Below, in pieces: positions 1 through 9,841 of a stretch of 64,000 nt of DNA. Below the pieces are notes generated by a model. The model searched no databases, had not been told where the DNA came from, and saw only the letters and a list, made by a program, of their open reading frames with translations. The DNA is from an uncultured bacterium (GTDB lineage: Bacteria; Hydrothermota; Tepidihabitantia; Tepidihabitantales; Tepidihabitantaceae), in the NCBI GenBank assembly GCA_964626075.1, contig CAZVDD010000020.1, positions 2,944-66,943 of the forward strand, given 5' to 3'. The translations under genes and the position numbers were made by a program. Numbering within the stretch: position 1 is the first letter of the stretch; the number at the start of each line of letters is the position of its first letter.

Positions 1-4
1 ATTC

Positions 5-33
5 TTGACAAAATAGATAGTCTGGTGTAAAGT
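5..33 (+). promoter_or_regulatory. sigma-70-type promoter upstream of zapA
   Basis: TTGACA (5-10), 17-nt spacer, TAAAGT (28-33). A GGGAG Shine-Dalgarno at 43-47 precedes ATG 51. Confidence 0.5.
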
Positions 34-50
34 TAATAAACTGGGAGCCT

Positions 51-317
51 ATGCAGAACTTTGTTGTTAATATCTTTGGGAGTGAATACAATATCAAAGC
101 CGACCGAGACGGCGAATATGTTTTGAAAGTTGCCGAAGTAGTTGATAAGAAAATGCGGGAAATCAGTACCCAGTACCGTCAGCCTACTCCGGTGCGTACC
201 GCAGTACTGGCATGTCTGAATTTGGTTGATGAGTCTTTCCGCAAAAACGAAGCGGAAATCGAATGGACTCGCCGTCAGGTAGGTTTGCTCATTGAAAAGC
301 TGGCAAAAGTGGTCTGA
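51..317 (+). CDS. zapA: cell division protein ZapA
   Basis: 88-aa ORF with a ZapA-like N-terminal pattern (VNIFGSEYNIKADRDGEYVLKVAEVVDKKM). Preceded by an SD. Confidence 0.8.
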   Translation: MQNFVVNIFGSEYNIKADRDGEYVLKVAEVVDKKMREISTQYRQPTPVRTAVLACLNLVDESFRKNEAEIEWTRRQVGLLIEKLAKVV

Positions 318-324
318 ATTTATA

Positions 325-497
325 GGCTCCCTGCAGTGCCCGTGATAGTGGCTGAGTCTTGAGCCAACACCTATAGGCTGGGTGCCACAATAGAAAGGCG
401 GAGTGCCGCCTTCGGGCAGCACGAAACCTTTCTGAGGCTCCCCCCTGTCTTATGGGTTCAGAGACTGCACTACACGACACCGCAGGGTTTTGTTTTG
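325..497 (+). ncRNA. ssrS: candidate 6S RNA (SsrS-like); boundaries approximate
   Basis: Noncoding gap directly after zapA, the position of ssrS in E. coli. A long interrupted terminal helix is formed by 329-365 pairing with 454-487 (for example CCCTGC 329-334 with GCAGGG 482-487, CGTG 341-344 with CACG 473-476, AGTCT 355-359 with AGACT 462-466). An apical stem pairs AGAAAGG 392-398 with CCTTTCT 427-433 and encloses a hairpin capped by C(UUCG)G at 410-415. Large unpaired central segments and a U-rich tail at 488-497 complete the picture. Confidence 0.55.
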
Positions 498-511
498 TCT
501 GAGGAGGAGAT

Positions 512-2080
512 ATGAATTTGAATATCGTTTGGACCATCGGTGTTTTTTTGTTCTTGGCAATTATCGGTTTCTGGATTGGGTTTCTCATCAGTCGGGCAAC
601 GGCACGGCGCTTTCTTGCTGCCCGGGAGAGTGACGCTGCCGCAATAATCGCGCAAGCCCATCGTCAAGCAGAGGAAATCCGCCAGCGGGCAGAGGTTGAA
701 GCCAAGGAGAGCTGGGAACGAGAGCGTGTTAGATTTGAAGCTCAGACTCAGGCAACACGCCGGGAACTGGAGCGCATGGAAAGCAAAATCACCGAACGCG
801 ACGCCTTTCTCGCCCGACGGGAAAGCATCCTCACCCAGAAAGAAGTGGACCTGATTCGCAAGGAACGGGAACTGTCTGCCCGGGAAAAACTCACCCGGGC
901 AAAAATGGAACGGCTGGACCAGTTAATTGAACAGCAAAACGCCCGACTGGAACGAATCGCGGGTATGTCTTCTGAAGAAGCCCGCCGCGAGTTACTCCGG
1001 AACCTTGAGAACGAAGCCCGACTTGAAGCCGCCCGAATGATGCGGGAAATAAAAGAAGAAGCCAAAGCCCGGGCTGAAGCCGAGGCACGCGAAGTCATTG
1101 CCGCGGCAATCCAGCGCTGTGCTATTTCCCATGTTGCCGAAACCACGGTATCGGTGGTAAATCTACCCTCGGATGAACTCAAGGGCAGAATCATCGGCCG
1201 GGAAGGTAGAAACATCAGAACATTTGAGTCTATCACCGGCGTTGAGGTGATGATTGACGATACCCCAGGCGCGATTATCATCTCGGGGTTCGACCCGGTC
1301 CGACGCGAAATTGCTCGGCGGGCAATGGAACGGCTGGTATCCGACGGCAGAATTCACCCGGCACGAATCGAAGAGGTTGTTGCCCGAACTCAGCAGGAAA
1401 TGGAAGAAGTTATCAAAAATACCGGTGAAGAGGCGATTCTTGAACTGGGTATAGTTGGCCTCCATCCGGAACTGGTACAACTTTTGGGCCGGCTGCGCTA
1501 TCGCACCAGTTACGGCCAGAATGTCCTTGTCCACAGCCGAGAAGTCGCCTACCTCGCTTCCTTGATGGCACAGGAACTGGACCTGGACCCGGCAATCGCA
1601 AAGCGTGCCGGACTCTTGCACGACATCGGTAAAGCCGCCGACCAAACGATGGAAGGAACCCATGCCCGTATCGGTGCCGAACTTGCCCGGCGTTATGGTG
1701 AAGAACCAGTTGTCGTCAATGCCATTGCCGCTCATCATGAAGAAACCACCCTTGACTCACCCTACGCCTTTTTAGTAGCGGCAGCAGATTCGGTTTCCGG
1801 TTCCCGACCTGGTGCCCGACGGGAAAGTTTTGAAACCTACATCAAACGAATTGAAGGACTCGAGGCAATTGCCGCCTCATTCCCCGGCGTGGAAAAGGCT
1901 TATGCGGTGCAAGCCGGACGCGAAATTCGGGTCTTGGTCGAGCCCGATAAGGTTAACGACCAGGATGCGGCGGAACTGGCGGCGCGAATTGCGGCGCAAA
2001 TTGAAACCGAAATGAAGTACCCGGGGCAGATTAAAGTGATGGTCATTCGGGAAACCCGGGCGGTTGACTATGCCCATTAG
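512..2080 (+). CDS. rny: ribonuclease Y (N-terminal TM helix, coiled coil, KH and HD domains)
   Basis: 522 aa. Contains a KH motif (IIGREGRNIRTFE) and an HD domain (LLHDIGKA...AAHHEE). Strong SD GAGGAGG at 502-508 (ATG at 512). Confidence 0.95.
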   Translation: MNLNIVWTIGVFLFLAIIGFWIGFLISRATARRFLAARESDAAAIIAQAHRQAEEIRQRAEVEAKESWERERVRFEAQTQATRRELERMESKITERDAFLARRESILTQKEVDLIRKERELSAREKLTRAKMERLDQLIEQQNARLERIAGMSSEEARRELLRNLENEARLEAARMMREIKEEAKARAEAEAREVIAAAIQRCAISHVAETTVSVVNLPSDELKGRIIGREGRNIRTFESITGVEVMIDDTPGAIIISGFDPVRREIARRAMERLVSDGRIHPARIEEVVARTQQEMEEVIKNTGEEAILELGIVGLHPELVQLLGRLRYRTSYGQNVLVHSREVAYLASLMAQELDLDPAIAKRAGLLHDIGKAADQTMEGTHARIGAELARRYGEEPVVVNAIAAHHEETTLDSPYAFLVAAADSVSGSRPGARRESFETYIKRIEGLEAIAASFPGVEKAYAVQAGREIRVLVEPDKVNDQDAAELAARIAAQIETEMKYPGQIKVMVIRETRAVDYAH

Positions 2081-2098
2081 CACCGAAGTCAAATCGCC

Positions 2099-2896
2099 GT
2101 GACCCGTATCCTGTTTCTCGGTGATGTGTGCGGTGAAGCCGGACGCCGGGCAGTCTCACTCCTTATCCCGGCACTGCGCTCGGAACTGAAAATTGACTTC
2201 GTCATCGTCAATGCGGAAAATGCCGCGGGCGGTTACGGTATCACTCGGCGCCTGGCCGAAGAGATTTTATCCGCGGGCGCTAACTGCCTCACCACCGGTG
2301 ACCACGCCTTTGACCGCAAAGAGTCCTGGGATTTCCTCTCCACCGAACCGCGTATCCTCCGGCCCTTAAATCTACCCGCGACGGCACCCGGGAGAGGCTG
2401 GGGTATCTATCAGTTACCCAACCACCCTCGTCCCCTTGTCGTTATAAACCTTCTGGGCAGGGTGTTTATGAAACCGGCGGACTGCCCCTTTCAACGGGTC
2501 AAACAGGCACTGGCAGAAATCGCGCCCGTCAACGCCGTAACCGTCGTCGACTTCCACGCCGAAGCGACCGCGGAGAAACAGGCGTTGGGCTATTTCCTGG
2601 ACGGTAAGGTGTCAGCGGTCATCGGCACCCACACCCACATCCAGACTGCGGACGAACGCATCCTGCCCCAGGGCACCGCCTTTATTGCCGATGTTGGAAT
2701 GTGCGGCGCTTTTGACTCCATCCTCGGGATGGATAAAGAACTGTCGCTGCGCCGCATGGTGGAACTGGTTCCGGTTCGACTCCAACCGGCAACAGGCGAC
2801 ATCCGCATCAACGGTGTTGTCCTTGACATTGACACCGCAACCGGACAAGCACAAAAAATAGTGCGGCTCAATCGTCCCTTAACCGTTTCGCCTTAA
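2099..2896 (+). CDS. ymdB: YmdB-family 2',3'-cyclic-nucleotide metallophosphoesterase (TIGR00282-like)
   Basis: 265 aa with a GTG start. Motifs ILFLGDVCG, NAENAAGG and GTHTHIQTADE are present. The rny-ymdB order matches the conserved synteny known from Bacillus. Confidence 0.85.
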   Translation: MTRILFLGDVCGEAGRRAVSLLIPALRSELKIDFVIVNAENAAGGYGITRRLAEEILSAGANCLTTGDHAFDRKESWDFLSTEPRILRPLNLPATAPGRGWGIYQLPNHPRPLVVINLLGRVFMKPADCPFQRVKQALAEIAPVNAVTVVDFHAEATAEKQALGYFLDGKVSAVIGTHTHIQTADERILPQGTAFIADVGMCGAFDSILGMDKELSLRRMVELVPVRLQPATGDIRINGVVLDIDTATGQAQKIVRLNRPLTVSP

Positions 2897-5722
2897 AAGT
2901 GGTTTGAGAAACTTGCCGGTCCAGGATTGGGCACATCGTGCCACTGCCTCAGGCGGACCGGCACAAACAACCCTGCCCCCCTCATCACCACCTTCAGGAC
3001 CAAGGTCAATTATCCAATCGGCGCATTTAATGACCTCGAGATTGTGCTCAATTACCACTACCGTATTGCCCCGCGCCACCAGTCGGTTTAAAACCCCCAA
3101 AAGCAGGTGCACATCTTCAAAGTGCAGCCCGGTGGTTGGCTCATCAAGCAGATACAAAGTCCTGCCCGTGGCAATCTTGGAAAGTTCCCGAGCCAGTTTG
3201 ATGCGTTGCGCCTCACCGCCGGAAAGGGTCGGCGCCGGCTGCCCTAATTTTATGTAACCCAACCCCACATCCTTTAAGAGTCGTAACTTCCTTTCAATTG
3301 GCGGGATATTGACAAAAAAGTCGTAAGCCTCGTCAACGCTCATCTCGAGCACCTCACTGATGTTCTTTCCCTTATACTTGACATCAAGCGTCTCCCGATT
3401 GTAACGCTTCCCTTTACAAACCTCACAGGACACATAAACATCAGGCAAAAAATGCATCTCCACCCGGATAATGCCATCGCCGGCACACGCCTCACACCTG
3501 CCTCCCCGAACATTAAAAGAAAATCGCCCCGGTTTATAACCCCGCATCCGCGCCTCTGTTGTTCGGGCAAAAAGCTCTCTTATCGGTGAAAACGCATTCG
3601 TGTAGGTTGCCGGGTTGGAACGCGGCGTTCGGCCAATCGGCGACTGGTCAATGTTCACCACCTTATCAATCTTATCAAGTCCAACAATTCGGCGATGAGC
3701 ACCGGGCTTCTCTGGTGAACCATAGAAGTGCCGTGCCAGCGCCCGATAAAGAATGTCTGACACCAGCGTGCTTTTACCCGAACCCGAGATACCGGTGACA
3801 CAAACAAACAAACCTAACGGAATCTCAACATCAATATCCTTCAAATTGTTTTCCCGGCAACCTTCTATTCGTAACCAACCCTGCGCCGGTTTGCGCCGGG
3901 TTGCGGGCAAATCAATCCGGCGGCGGCCGGAAAGATAGGCACCGGTCAACGACTCCGGACACTCTTTTATCTTTGCCGCTGGACCCTGTGCCACCACCCA
4001 ACCACCATTGGCACCCGCACCCGGACCAAGGTCAATAACCCAGTCCGCCTCAAGAATCGTCTCCTCATCGTGCTCAACGACGATAACCGTATTCCCGAGG
4101 TCGCGTAGACTCTTCAATGTCGCCAACAGTTTCCGGTTGTCCCGCTGATGCAACCCGATTGACGGTTCATCAAGGATGTAAACCACGCCAACCAGTCCGG
4201 AACCGATCTGGGTTGCCAGCCGCACCCTCTGGGCTTCACCGCCCCCCAAACTTTCGGTTGTTCGGTCCAGGGTTAGATAACCAAGACCAACCGCCTCAAG
4301 AAACCCAAGCCGGCGCCGCAGTTCCTTCACCACCTCGCGGGCAATCGCCTCATCCTTCTTACTAAGTTTCAATTGATTGAAAAAGTGGTTCGCCTCCTGA
4401 ACCGAAAACCGGCTAACCTCGGCGATGTTCAAACCGGCAACCTTCACCGCCAGCGCCTCGGGCTTCAATCTTGTCCCCTGACACTTGGGACAAGGCAACA
4501 CCGACATAAACCGCTCCACCCAATCCCGCCGGGCATCAGAGTCGGTCTCCTGATAAACCCGCATCAGATAAGGCACCAGCCCCTCAAAACGGTCTTCCCA
4601 GGAGTACTCCCAACGCTCATCCTCATACTTAAACTTCAACTCCTCCTCAGTGCCAAAGAGAATCACCCGCCGTGCCGTCTCGGGTAAATCCCGCCACGGC
4701 GTTTCAAGCCGAAACCGGTACTTACGGGCAAGCGCCTCCAGTTTACTCAAAAACCAGCCGCTGCGCTCCCTTGCTTCACCCCAGGGTGCAATGGCACCAT
4801 CCAGAATCGAGCGATTTGGGTCAACGATTAGCCGCTCCGGGTCCACCTCCATTTTACTCCCCAGACCGTGACATTCGGGACAGGCACCATAAGGTGAATT
4901 AAACGAAAACAACCTCGGGGAAATCTCCTCAAACGAAAATCCGCATTCCGGACAGGCAAATGCAGTTGAAAAGATGCGCTCCTCACTCCGTTCGTTTTTC
5001 TCCTTTTGCACTAAAACCAGACACTTTCCCTGCCCTTCCTTTAACGCCAGTTCCACCGAATCGGCGATTCGCTTCCTGACCTCCGGTCGCACCGTCAACC
5101 GGTCAATAACCAGTTCAATATTGTGCTTCTTATACTTCTCCAGCAGCGGTACCTCCTCAACCTCGTATATCGCACCGTCAACCCGTAGCCGGACATAACC
5201 CCGCCGCTTTGCCTGACTCACCAGTTCTCGATACTCGCCCTTCCGACCCCGCACCAGCGGCGCCAGAATCACCAGACCGGACCCTGCTGGTTCATTCAGC
5301 AGACTGTCAACAATCTGGTCTGTTGTCTGGGAACTGATTGGCTTTTCACACTTCGGACAGAATGGCTTACCAACGCGGGCAAAAAGCAGCCTTAAATAGT
5401 CGTAAATCTCGGTTGTTGTGCCTACGGTCGAACGAGGATTCCGGGCGCTGCTCCGCTGCTCAATCGCAATCGCGGGCGAAAGTCCGGTAATCCCATCGCA
5501 ATCGGGCTTCTCCAGCATACCCAGGAACTGACGGGCATAGGTCGAGAGCGACTCAATGTAGCGGCGTTGACCCTCAGCGTAAATCGTATCAAACGCCAGC
5601 GACGACTTTCCCGAACCCGAAATGCCGGTAATCACGACCAGTTTATTACGGGGAATGTCAACATCGATACTTTTAAGGTTATGCTCGCGCGCACCCCGTA
5701 CCGAAATCACATCGCCATTCAT
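2879..5722 (-). CDS. uvrA: excinuclease ABC subunit A
   Basis: Two ABC ATPase modules (GISGSGKSS and GISGSGKST; LSGGEAQR twice) and zinc-finger CxxC pairs. I place the start at ATG 5722 ([16 protein letters not shown]), not at the longer ORF-track start 5827. Confidence 0.95.
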   Translation of the reverse strand: MNGDVISVRGAREHNLKSIDVDIPRNKLVVITGISGSGKSSLAFDTIYAEGQRRYIESLSTYARQFLGMLEKPDCDGITGLSPAIAIEQRSSARNPRSTVGTTTEIYDYLRLLFARVGKPFCPKCEKPISSQTTDQIVDSLLNEPAGSGLVILAPLVRGRKGEYRELVSQAKRRGYVRLRVDGAIYEVEEVPLLEKYKKHNIELVIDRLTVRPEVRKRIADSVELALKEGQGKCLVLVQKEKNERSEERIFSTAFACPECGFSFEEISPRLFSFNSPYGACPECHGLGSKMEVDPERLIVDPNRSILDGAIAPWGEARERSGWFLSKLEALARKYRFRLETPWRDLPETARRVILFGTEEELKFKYEDERWEYSWEDRFEGLVPYLMRVYQETDSDARRDWVERFMSVLPCPKCQGTRLKPEALAVKVAGLNIAEVSRFSVQEANHFFNQLKLSKKDEAIAREVVKELRRRLGFLEAVGLGYLTLDRTTESLGGGEAQRVRLATQIGSGLVGVVYILDEPSIGLHQRDNRKLLATLKSLRDLGNTVIVVEHDEETILEADWVIDLGPGAGANGGWVVAQGPAAKIKECPESLTGAYLSGRRRIDLPATRRKPAQGWLRIEGCRENNLKDIDVEIPLGLFVCVTGISGSGKSTLVSDILYRALARHFYGSPEKPGAHRRIVGLDKIDKVVNIDQSPIGRTPRSNPATYTNAFSPIRELFARTTEARMRGYKPGRFSFNVRGGRCEACAGDGIIRVEMHFLPDVYVSCEVCKGKRYNRETLDVKYKGKNISEVLEMSVDEAYDFFVNIPPIERKLRLLKDVGLGYIKLGQPAPTLSGGEAQRIKLARELSKIATGRTLYLLDEPTTGLHFEDVHLLLGVLNRLVARGNTVVVIEHNLEVIKCADWIIDLGPEGGDEGGRVVCAGPPEAVARCAQSWTGKFLKPLLRRNG

Positions 5723-5733
5723 AAGGAAATAAA

Positions 5734-5761
5734 AGTATAACTCGGCACCTCTATTGGTCAA
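5734..5761 (-). promoter_or_regulatory. sigma-70-type promoter for uvrA
   Basis: On the minus strand: TTGACC (5761-5756), 16-nt spacer, TATACT (5739-5734). Only 11 nt separate it from ATG 5722, and there is no SD. Confidence 0.5.
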
Positions 5762-5949
5762 TAAACAAACCCGCGGCAATTCGCCAATTTCGCCATTACC
5801 CGTTTCTCCTTGCCATTTAACACCCATTTTGTCTTATCAAGCGGCATTGTAATACTGTTACCCTTAACCGTAAACGCTAAAACGCGCTGAACCAATATCA
5901 ATTCCCGCCCGAAGAAGCGCCCTGCCCATAAGAAAGATGCGGTTATTAC

Positions 5950-5977
5950 TTGCCGGCGGGCTAATTTTGGATAAAAT
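5950..5977 (+). promoter_or_regulatory. sigma-70-type promoter abutting the TPR gene start (implies a leaderless mRNA)
   Basis: TTGCCG (5950-5955), 16-nt spacer, TAAAAT (5972-5977). ATG 5984 lies 6 nt downstream with no SD. Confidence 0.5.
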
Positions 5978-5983
5978 AAGACG

Positions 5984-7225
5984 ATGAGTAACGCCCCACA
6001 GCCGCAGAGCGAACCGATACCCCCGCCCAAAAAAGAGAACGGGTCCCCGGGTATCGCTCAAGAATTGCTCAAAGAAGCCCTTGACGCCTTCTACCGCGCC
6101 GATGACGAAACCGCCCTGGAACTACTCCTCGGTGTTCTCGAATTGAACCCCGAAAACCTGCGCATTCACTACCTCGCTGCCCTCTGTGCCGCGATTATGA
6201 CCGATGAAGAGACGCTGGATGAAATCTATCACCAGGCGCGCAAAACCAAAACCCGTCACCCCTACATCGTCGGCTGCGAAGCGGTACGGGCGCTGTTCTT
6301 TGCCAACTTTGAACGCGCCGAACATCTTTTCCATCTCGCCCTCCGCTCCCTGCCCGAGGACATCGATTTGAACCTTGGGCTCGGAATCCTCTACGAGCAT
6401 ATGGGCGCCGAAGAAAAAAGTGCTGCGGTTTATCTGCGGGTCCTGGAACTCGCCCCGGACAACATCCGCGCCCGGATTTCACTCGGCATCAGTTACGCCC
6501 TGAGCGGTGAATATGTCAATGCCCTTGCCCAGTACCAGTACGCCAAACGGCTTGACCCGACGGTCGAAAACCCGCACCAGCACCTGGGCCGGGACTACTA
6601 CGCTGAAGGGATGTTTGACGAAGCGGCCAATGAATTCGCCCGGGCAATCGCCGAAGAACCTGAACAACCTGCCGCCTACTTCTACCTGATGGACTGCTAC
6701 AAACGGCTCGGCATGGTTGACGACGCCATCGATGTTTACGAAACCATCCGCCGCCGCTTTTCCCAACAACCGGAAATTATCAGCCATTTTTACGAACACT
6801 TCCGGATGTTTGCGGAACTCATCCCGCTGCTTGAGCAACTCTTAAAAAACAACCCGCGCGATGTTGAACTCCTGGTCCGCCTCACCACCGCCTATCGGGA
6901 AATTAGCAGATTAAACGACGCCATAACCACCCTGCAACGGGCGATTGCCGAAGAGCCCGAAAGCGCCGCGCTCTGGACCCTTCTTGCCGAACTGTACTAC
7001 GCACGGGGCGAATACACCCAGGCGGTGGCTGCGGCCCAACGGGCGCTACAACTGGACCGCACCGAAGAAGCGGCTTACCCCGTGCTTGCCGATGCCCTGC
7101 TCTTTCTCGGCAGAATTGAAGAAGCGGAAAAAGCCGAGCGTCAGATGAACATCATCCGCGACGAAGCCTGGCGCCGGTACCAGCAAAAGTTTTCTGGTCA
7201 GGACGAGGTCGACGAATCTGAATAG
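5984..7225 (+). CDS. tetratricopeptide-repeat protein
   Basis: 413 aa with repeated 34-residue TPR-like units (A..Y..AL.L.P.N pattern throughout). Confidence 0.75.
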   Translation: MSNAPQPQSEPIPPPKKENGSPGIAQELLKEALDAFYRADDETALELLLGVLELNPENLRIHYLAALCAAIMTDEETLDEIYHQARKTKTRHPYIVGCEAVRALFFANFERAEHLFHLALRSLPEDIDLNLGLGILYEHMGAEEKSAAVYLRVLELAPDNIRARISLGISYALSGEYVNALAQYQYAKRLDPTVENPHQHLGRDYYAEGMFDEAANEFARAIAEEPEQPAAYFYLMDCYKRLGMVDDAIDVYETIRRRFSQQPEIISHFYEHFRMFAELIPLLEQLLKNNPRDVELLVRLTTAYREISRLNDAITTLQRAIAEEPESAALWTLLAELYYARGEYTQAVAAAQRALQLDRTEEAAYPVLADALLFLGRIEEAEKAERQMNIIRDEAWRRYQQKFSGQDEVDESE

Positions 7226-8004
7226 GCCCGGTCCTGCCCACCCAATTTCGCCACCATCTCTTTAATCAATCTCAGACAATCGGCGGTATTTCGCCTGATT
7301 TCTTTACCGCTGAACCGCAAAATCCGCCAGCCCGCGACCGTCAGGTAGTTGTCTCGATTCCGGTCCGCCTCAGCACGCGCCAGCCCGGAATGATAAGATG
7401 CCCCATCACATTCCACATCAAGCGCCCCATCCCGGCAGAACAGCACGAGGTCAAGAAAGTAACCGGTCGTTTTTCCACCCACATAAATCTGGCGCTCCGG
7501 CTCCAGCCCGATACGCTGCAACGCTCGATAAAGCTTTTCCTCAATTGGGCTTGTCCAGTAAAGGTCATTTATCTCTTCGGCCCGCATCAGCCGCTCCCAG
7601 GTTGTTGGAATGAACACAATCCGGCGCCGCCGTCGACTCGGAATCGACCGGGGCAGCTGCCGCAGTTCATCCACCATTATCTGATAATAATACTGGTGGG
7701 CACGGGGATGACCGCTTTCTTCCGGCAAAATCGCACACCGCAACACCCGCTTCATCCCCTTGACCGCGGCATAATAGTTCACCGACCACTTCTCCCCTCC
7801 AAAGACTGCGGTCTGATAAAAGGCGAGAAACCGAACCCGATTTAACCCTTCGGGCGCCTTATCTACCGGAATCCGATACCAGTGCCGCTCCCGGAGAATT
7901 TGCCAATCCTTTCGCCTTGTGACCACCGCCACCAGCGCCGGTGTCCCTACCTTACCCTGGCTTATTGCACCCCAGGGCAACCGCTTACCAGCCCTGCTCA
8001 TCAC
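7198..8004 (-). CDS. DUF559/Vsr-like endonuclease-domain protein with an unassigned ~150-aa N-terminal domain
   Basis: The C-terminal region (EEKLYRALQRIGL...YFLDLVLF...LDVECDGASYH...RDNYLTVAGWRILRF) matches the DUF559 restriction-endonuclease-like fold pattern. I did not recognise the N-terminal half. Confidence 0.7.
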   Translation of the reverse strand: MMSRAGKRLPWGAISQGKVGTPALVAVVTRRKDWQILRERHWYRIPVDKAPEGLNRVRFLAFYQTAVFGGEKWSVNYYAAVKGMKRVLRCAILPEESGHPRAHQYYYQIMVDELRQLPRSIPSRRRRRIVFIPTTWERLMRAEEINDLYWTSPIEEKLYRALQRIGLEPERQIYVGGKTTGYFLDLVLFCRDGALDVECDGASYHSGLARAEADRNRDNYLTVAGWRILRFSGKEIRRNTADCLRLIKEMVAKLGGQDRAYSDSSTSS

Positions 8005-8374
8005 TTCACTTTATTATTCAATTTATGCCTGTCAACTGTGAGCAACAACCGCTTCCCGCGAATCGCCCCAACATTAGGAGTCGTCTCTTTGGCAACCGAA
8101 AAAGACATGTCCAACCCGGGTCAAAATCCCGCCCCGGGAATTCTACTTTAAAGTATCCAATGAGAAACTGGCGAACTCCGCTTAACTGTCTGTAATTAAA
8201 CGAGTTAAACTTTCCTAACCCAATTTTCCCTACCCAACCCCGGAACAGTCTCGGGGATGGTATTGGAAATTGCCCTCGGCTCATTACACCATTTGATTTT
8301 AATTAGAGATATCAATCCCATCACGAACCGATTGCCGGACCGCCTTCTGGTTTGAGCGGACATTAAAATTTGAG

Positions 8375-8998
8375 TTAATTCATCACGAACCAGGCTATGA
8401 TATTCACACCCATCCGCAGCGCCTGCTCCCGCTTTTCCGGTGGGTCGTTGTAACGGTCGGTCCAGCCATCAGACACATTGGAGTTGTAGGTATAAAAGAC
8501 CACCAGCCGGCCACCAACAAATATGCCATAACCCCGGGGCGGTCCTTCGTAATGCTCGTGGATTTTGGGCGGACCTTCAAAAAAGTCGTAAAACGAATGG
8601 TAAATCGGATGGTCAAAAGGTAACTCAACCAGTTCCGAGCTGGGAAACACCTTTTTCATCTCCCGCCGGAACGACTCATCCATTCCGTAGTCGTCGTCTG
8701 CATAAAGAAACCCACCCGCCTCAAGGTAGTGACGCAACCGCACCACCTCCTCGTCCGTGAAACTGACATTACCGTGTCCGGTCATAAAAAGAAACGGATA
8801 TTGATAAAGTTTTTCGTCTAACAAACTAACCTGCGCCTCGTCAATGCTCATCTGGATGCTGGTCCGGCGATTGACCTCCTGACACAGGTTGGGAATCAGT
8901 TCCGGGTCGTTATACCAGTCGCCGCCACCGCCGTATTTCAGCCGGGCGATTTGAAACTGACCGGAAAGGGTCAGAATCAAAAGCAAGGGAGTCATCAA
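8375..8998 (-). CDS. DUF4159-like secreted protein
   Basis: 207 aa with a signal-like N-terminus and a GGGGDWYNDP motif typical of the DUF4159 family. Confidence 0.6.
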   Translation of the reverse strand: MMTPLLLILTLSGQFQIARLKYGGGGDWYNDPELIPNLCQEVNRRTSIQMSIDEAQVSLLDEKLYQYPFLFMTGHGNVSFTDEEVVRLRHYLEAGGFLYADDDYGMDESFRREMKKVFPSSELVELPFDHPIYHSFYDFFEGPPKIHEHYEGPPRGYGIFVGGRLVVFYTYNSNVSDGWTDRYNDPPEKREQALRMGVNIIAWFVMN

Positions 8999-9838
8999 TC
9001 AGGACCTTTTCAACCGTGCCTTGAGCGCCGCCAGATATCTGTAGGGCAGACGCACATCACCGAGGTAAATTCTGCCAAACTTCCTGCCGCCGTGACAGTC
9101 ACTGCCCCCGGTTACAAGGAGCCGGTTCTTCGTGGCGACTTCGAGGTAATGGGCAACCGCCCGCTCGTTGTGCTCCGGATGCCACACCTCAATCCCGTCA
9201 ACCCCAGCGGCAATAACCGGATAGAGTAAATCGTCATTGCCATAGGTTGCCGGATGGGCAACCACCGCCAGCCCGCCGTTCTCATGGATAAAATTAACCA
9301 CCTGCGCCGGTGTCAACCGCATCTTCGGGATGTACGCCGGTGCCTGGTACCCGATGTAACGCTCAAACGCCTCACTCATATTCGCCACGACACCGGCCTC
9401 GACCATCGCCTGCGCCAGATGGGGTCTGCCAACCGCACCGGCACCGGCCAGTTCCCTGACCCGGTTAAACGATACCACAACACCCATCTCCGCCAGTTTC
9501 TGCACCATCTTTTCTGCCCGCTCGAGCCGGCGCTGGCGCACCCGGGCGAAGAACTCCTGAACCGCGGCCCGCTGGTAGTCAAAGTAGTAGCCGAGGATGT
9601 GGACATCGGTACCATTGACATTACAACTGAACTCGGCGCCGGGCACAACTTCCAGCCGGCGCGGTTTTGCCGCAGCAAACGCCCGTTCAACCCCATCAAC
9701 CGAGTCGTGGTCGGTAATCGCAATTGCGCTGAACCCGAGCTGATGCGCCCGGCTTACCACCTCTTCCGGTGCCAACAGCCCATCGGAAAAAATCGTATGG
9801 GTGTGCAGGTCAACAAAATCTTCCGCCCGATTTGCCAC
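8999..9838 (-). CDS. PHP-domain phosphoesterase (TrpH/YciV-like)
   Basis: DLHTHTIFSDG, ITDHD and GGSDCHG motifs of the PHP metal-dependent phosphoesterase family. The stop abuts the start of the downstream gene. Confidence 0.85.
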   Translation of the reverse strand: MANRAEDFVDLHTHTIFSDGLLAPEEVVSRAHQLGFSAIAITDHDSVDGVERAFAAAKPRRLEVVPGAEFSCNVNGTDVHILGYYFDYQRAAVQEFFARVRQRRLERAEKMVQKLAEMGVVVSFNRVRELAGAGAVGRPHLAQAMVEAGVVANMSEAFERYIGYQAPAYIPKMRLTPAQVVNFIHENGGLAVVAHPATYGNDDLLYPVIAAGVDGIEVWHPEHNERAVAHYLEVATKNRLLVTGGSDCHGGRKFGRIYLGDVRLPYRYLAALKARLKRS

Positions 9839-9841
9839 CTG

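Noticed and set aside
748-1281. Long antisense or out-of-frame ORFs inside well-supported genes. Examples are 748-1281, 1163-1738, 9254-10204, 23426-23920, 27552-28247, 44547-45005, 56194-56640 and 59226-59675.
   Set aside because: They are shadow ORFs opposite or within strongly recognisable genes (rny, PHP/FTCD, the activator, the M6 protease, the permease, rpoB, rplL). Their composition is Arg/Ser/Pro-rich and low in complexity. They have no SDs.
5723-5827. The extended N-terminus of uvrA given by the ORF track (start at 5827).
   Set aside because: The extra 35 residues are not UvrA-like. A canonical promoter (-10 at 5739-5734) lies inside the extension. The conserved UvrA N-terminus begins at the ATG at 5722.
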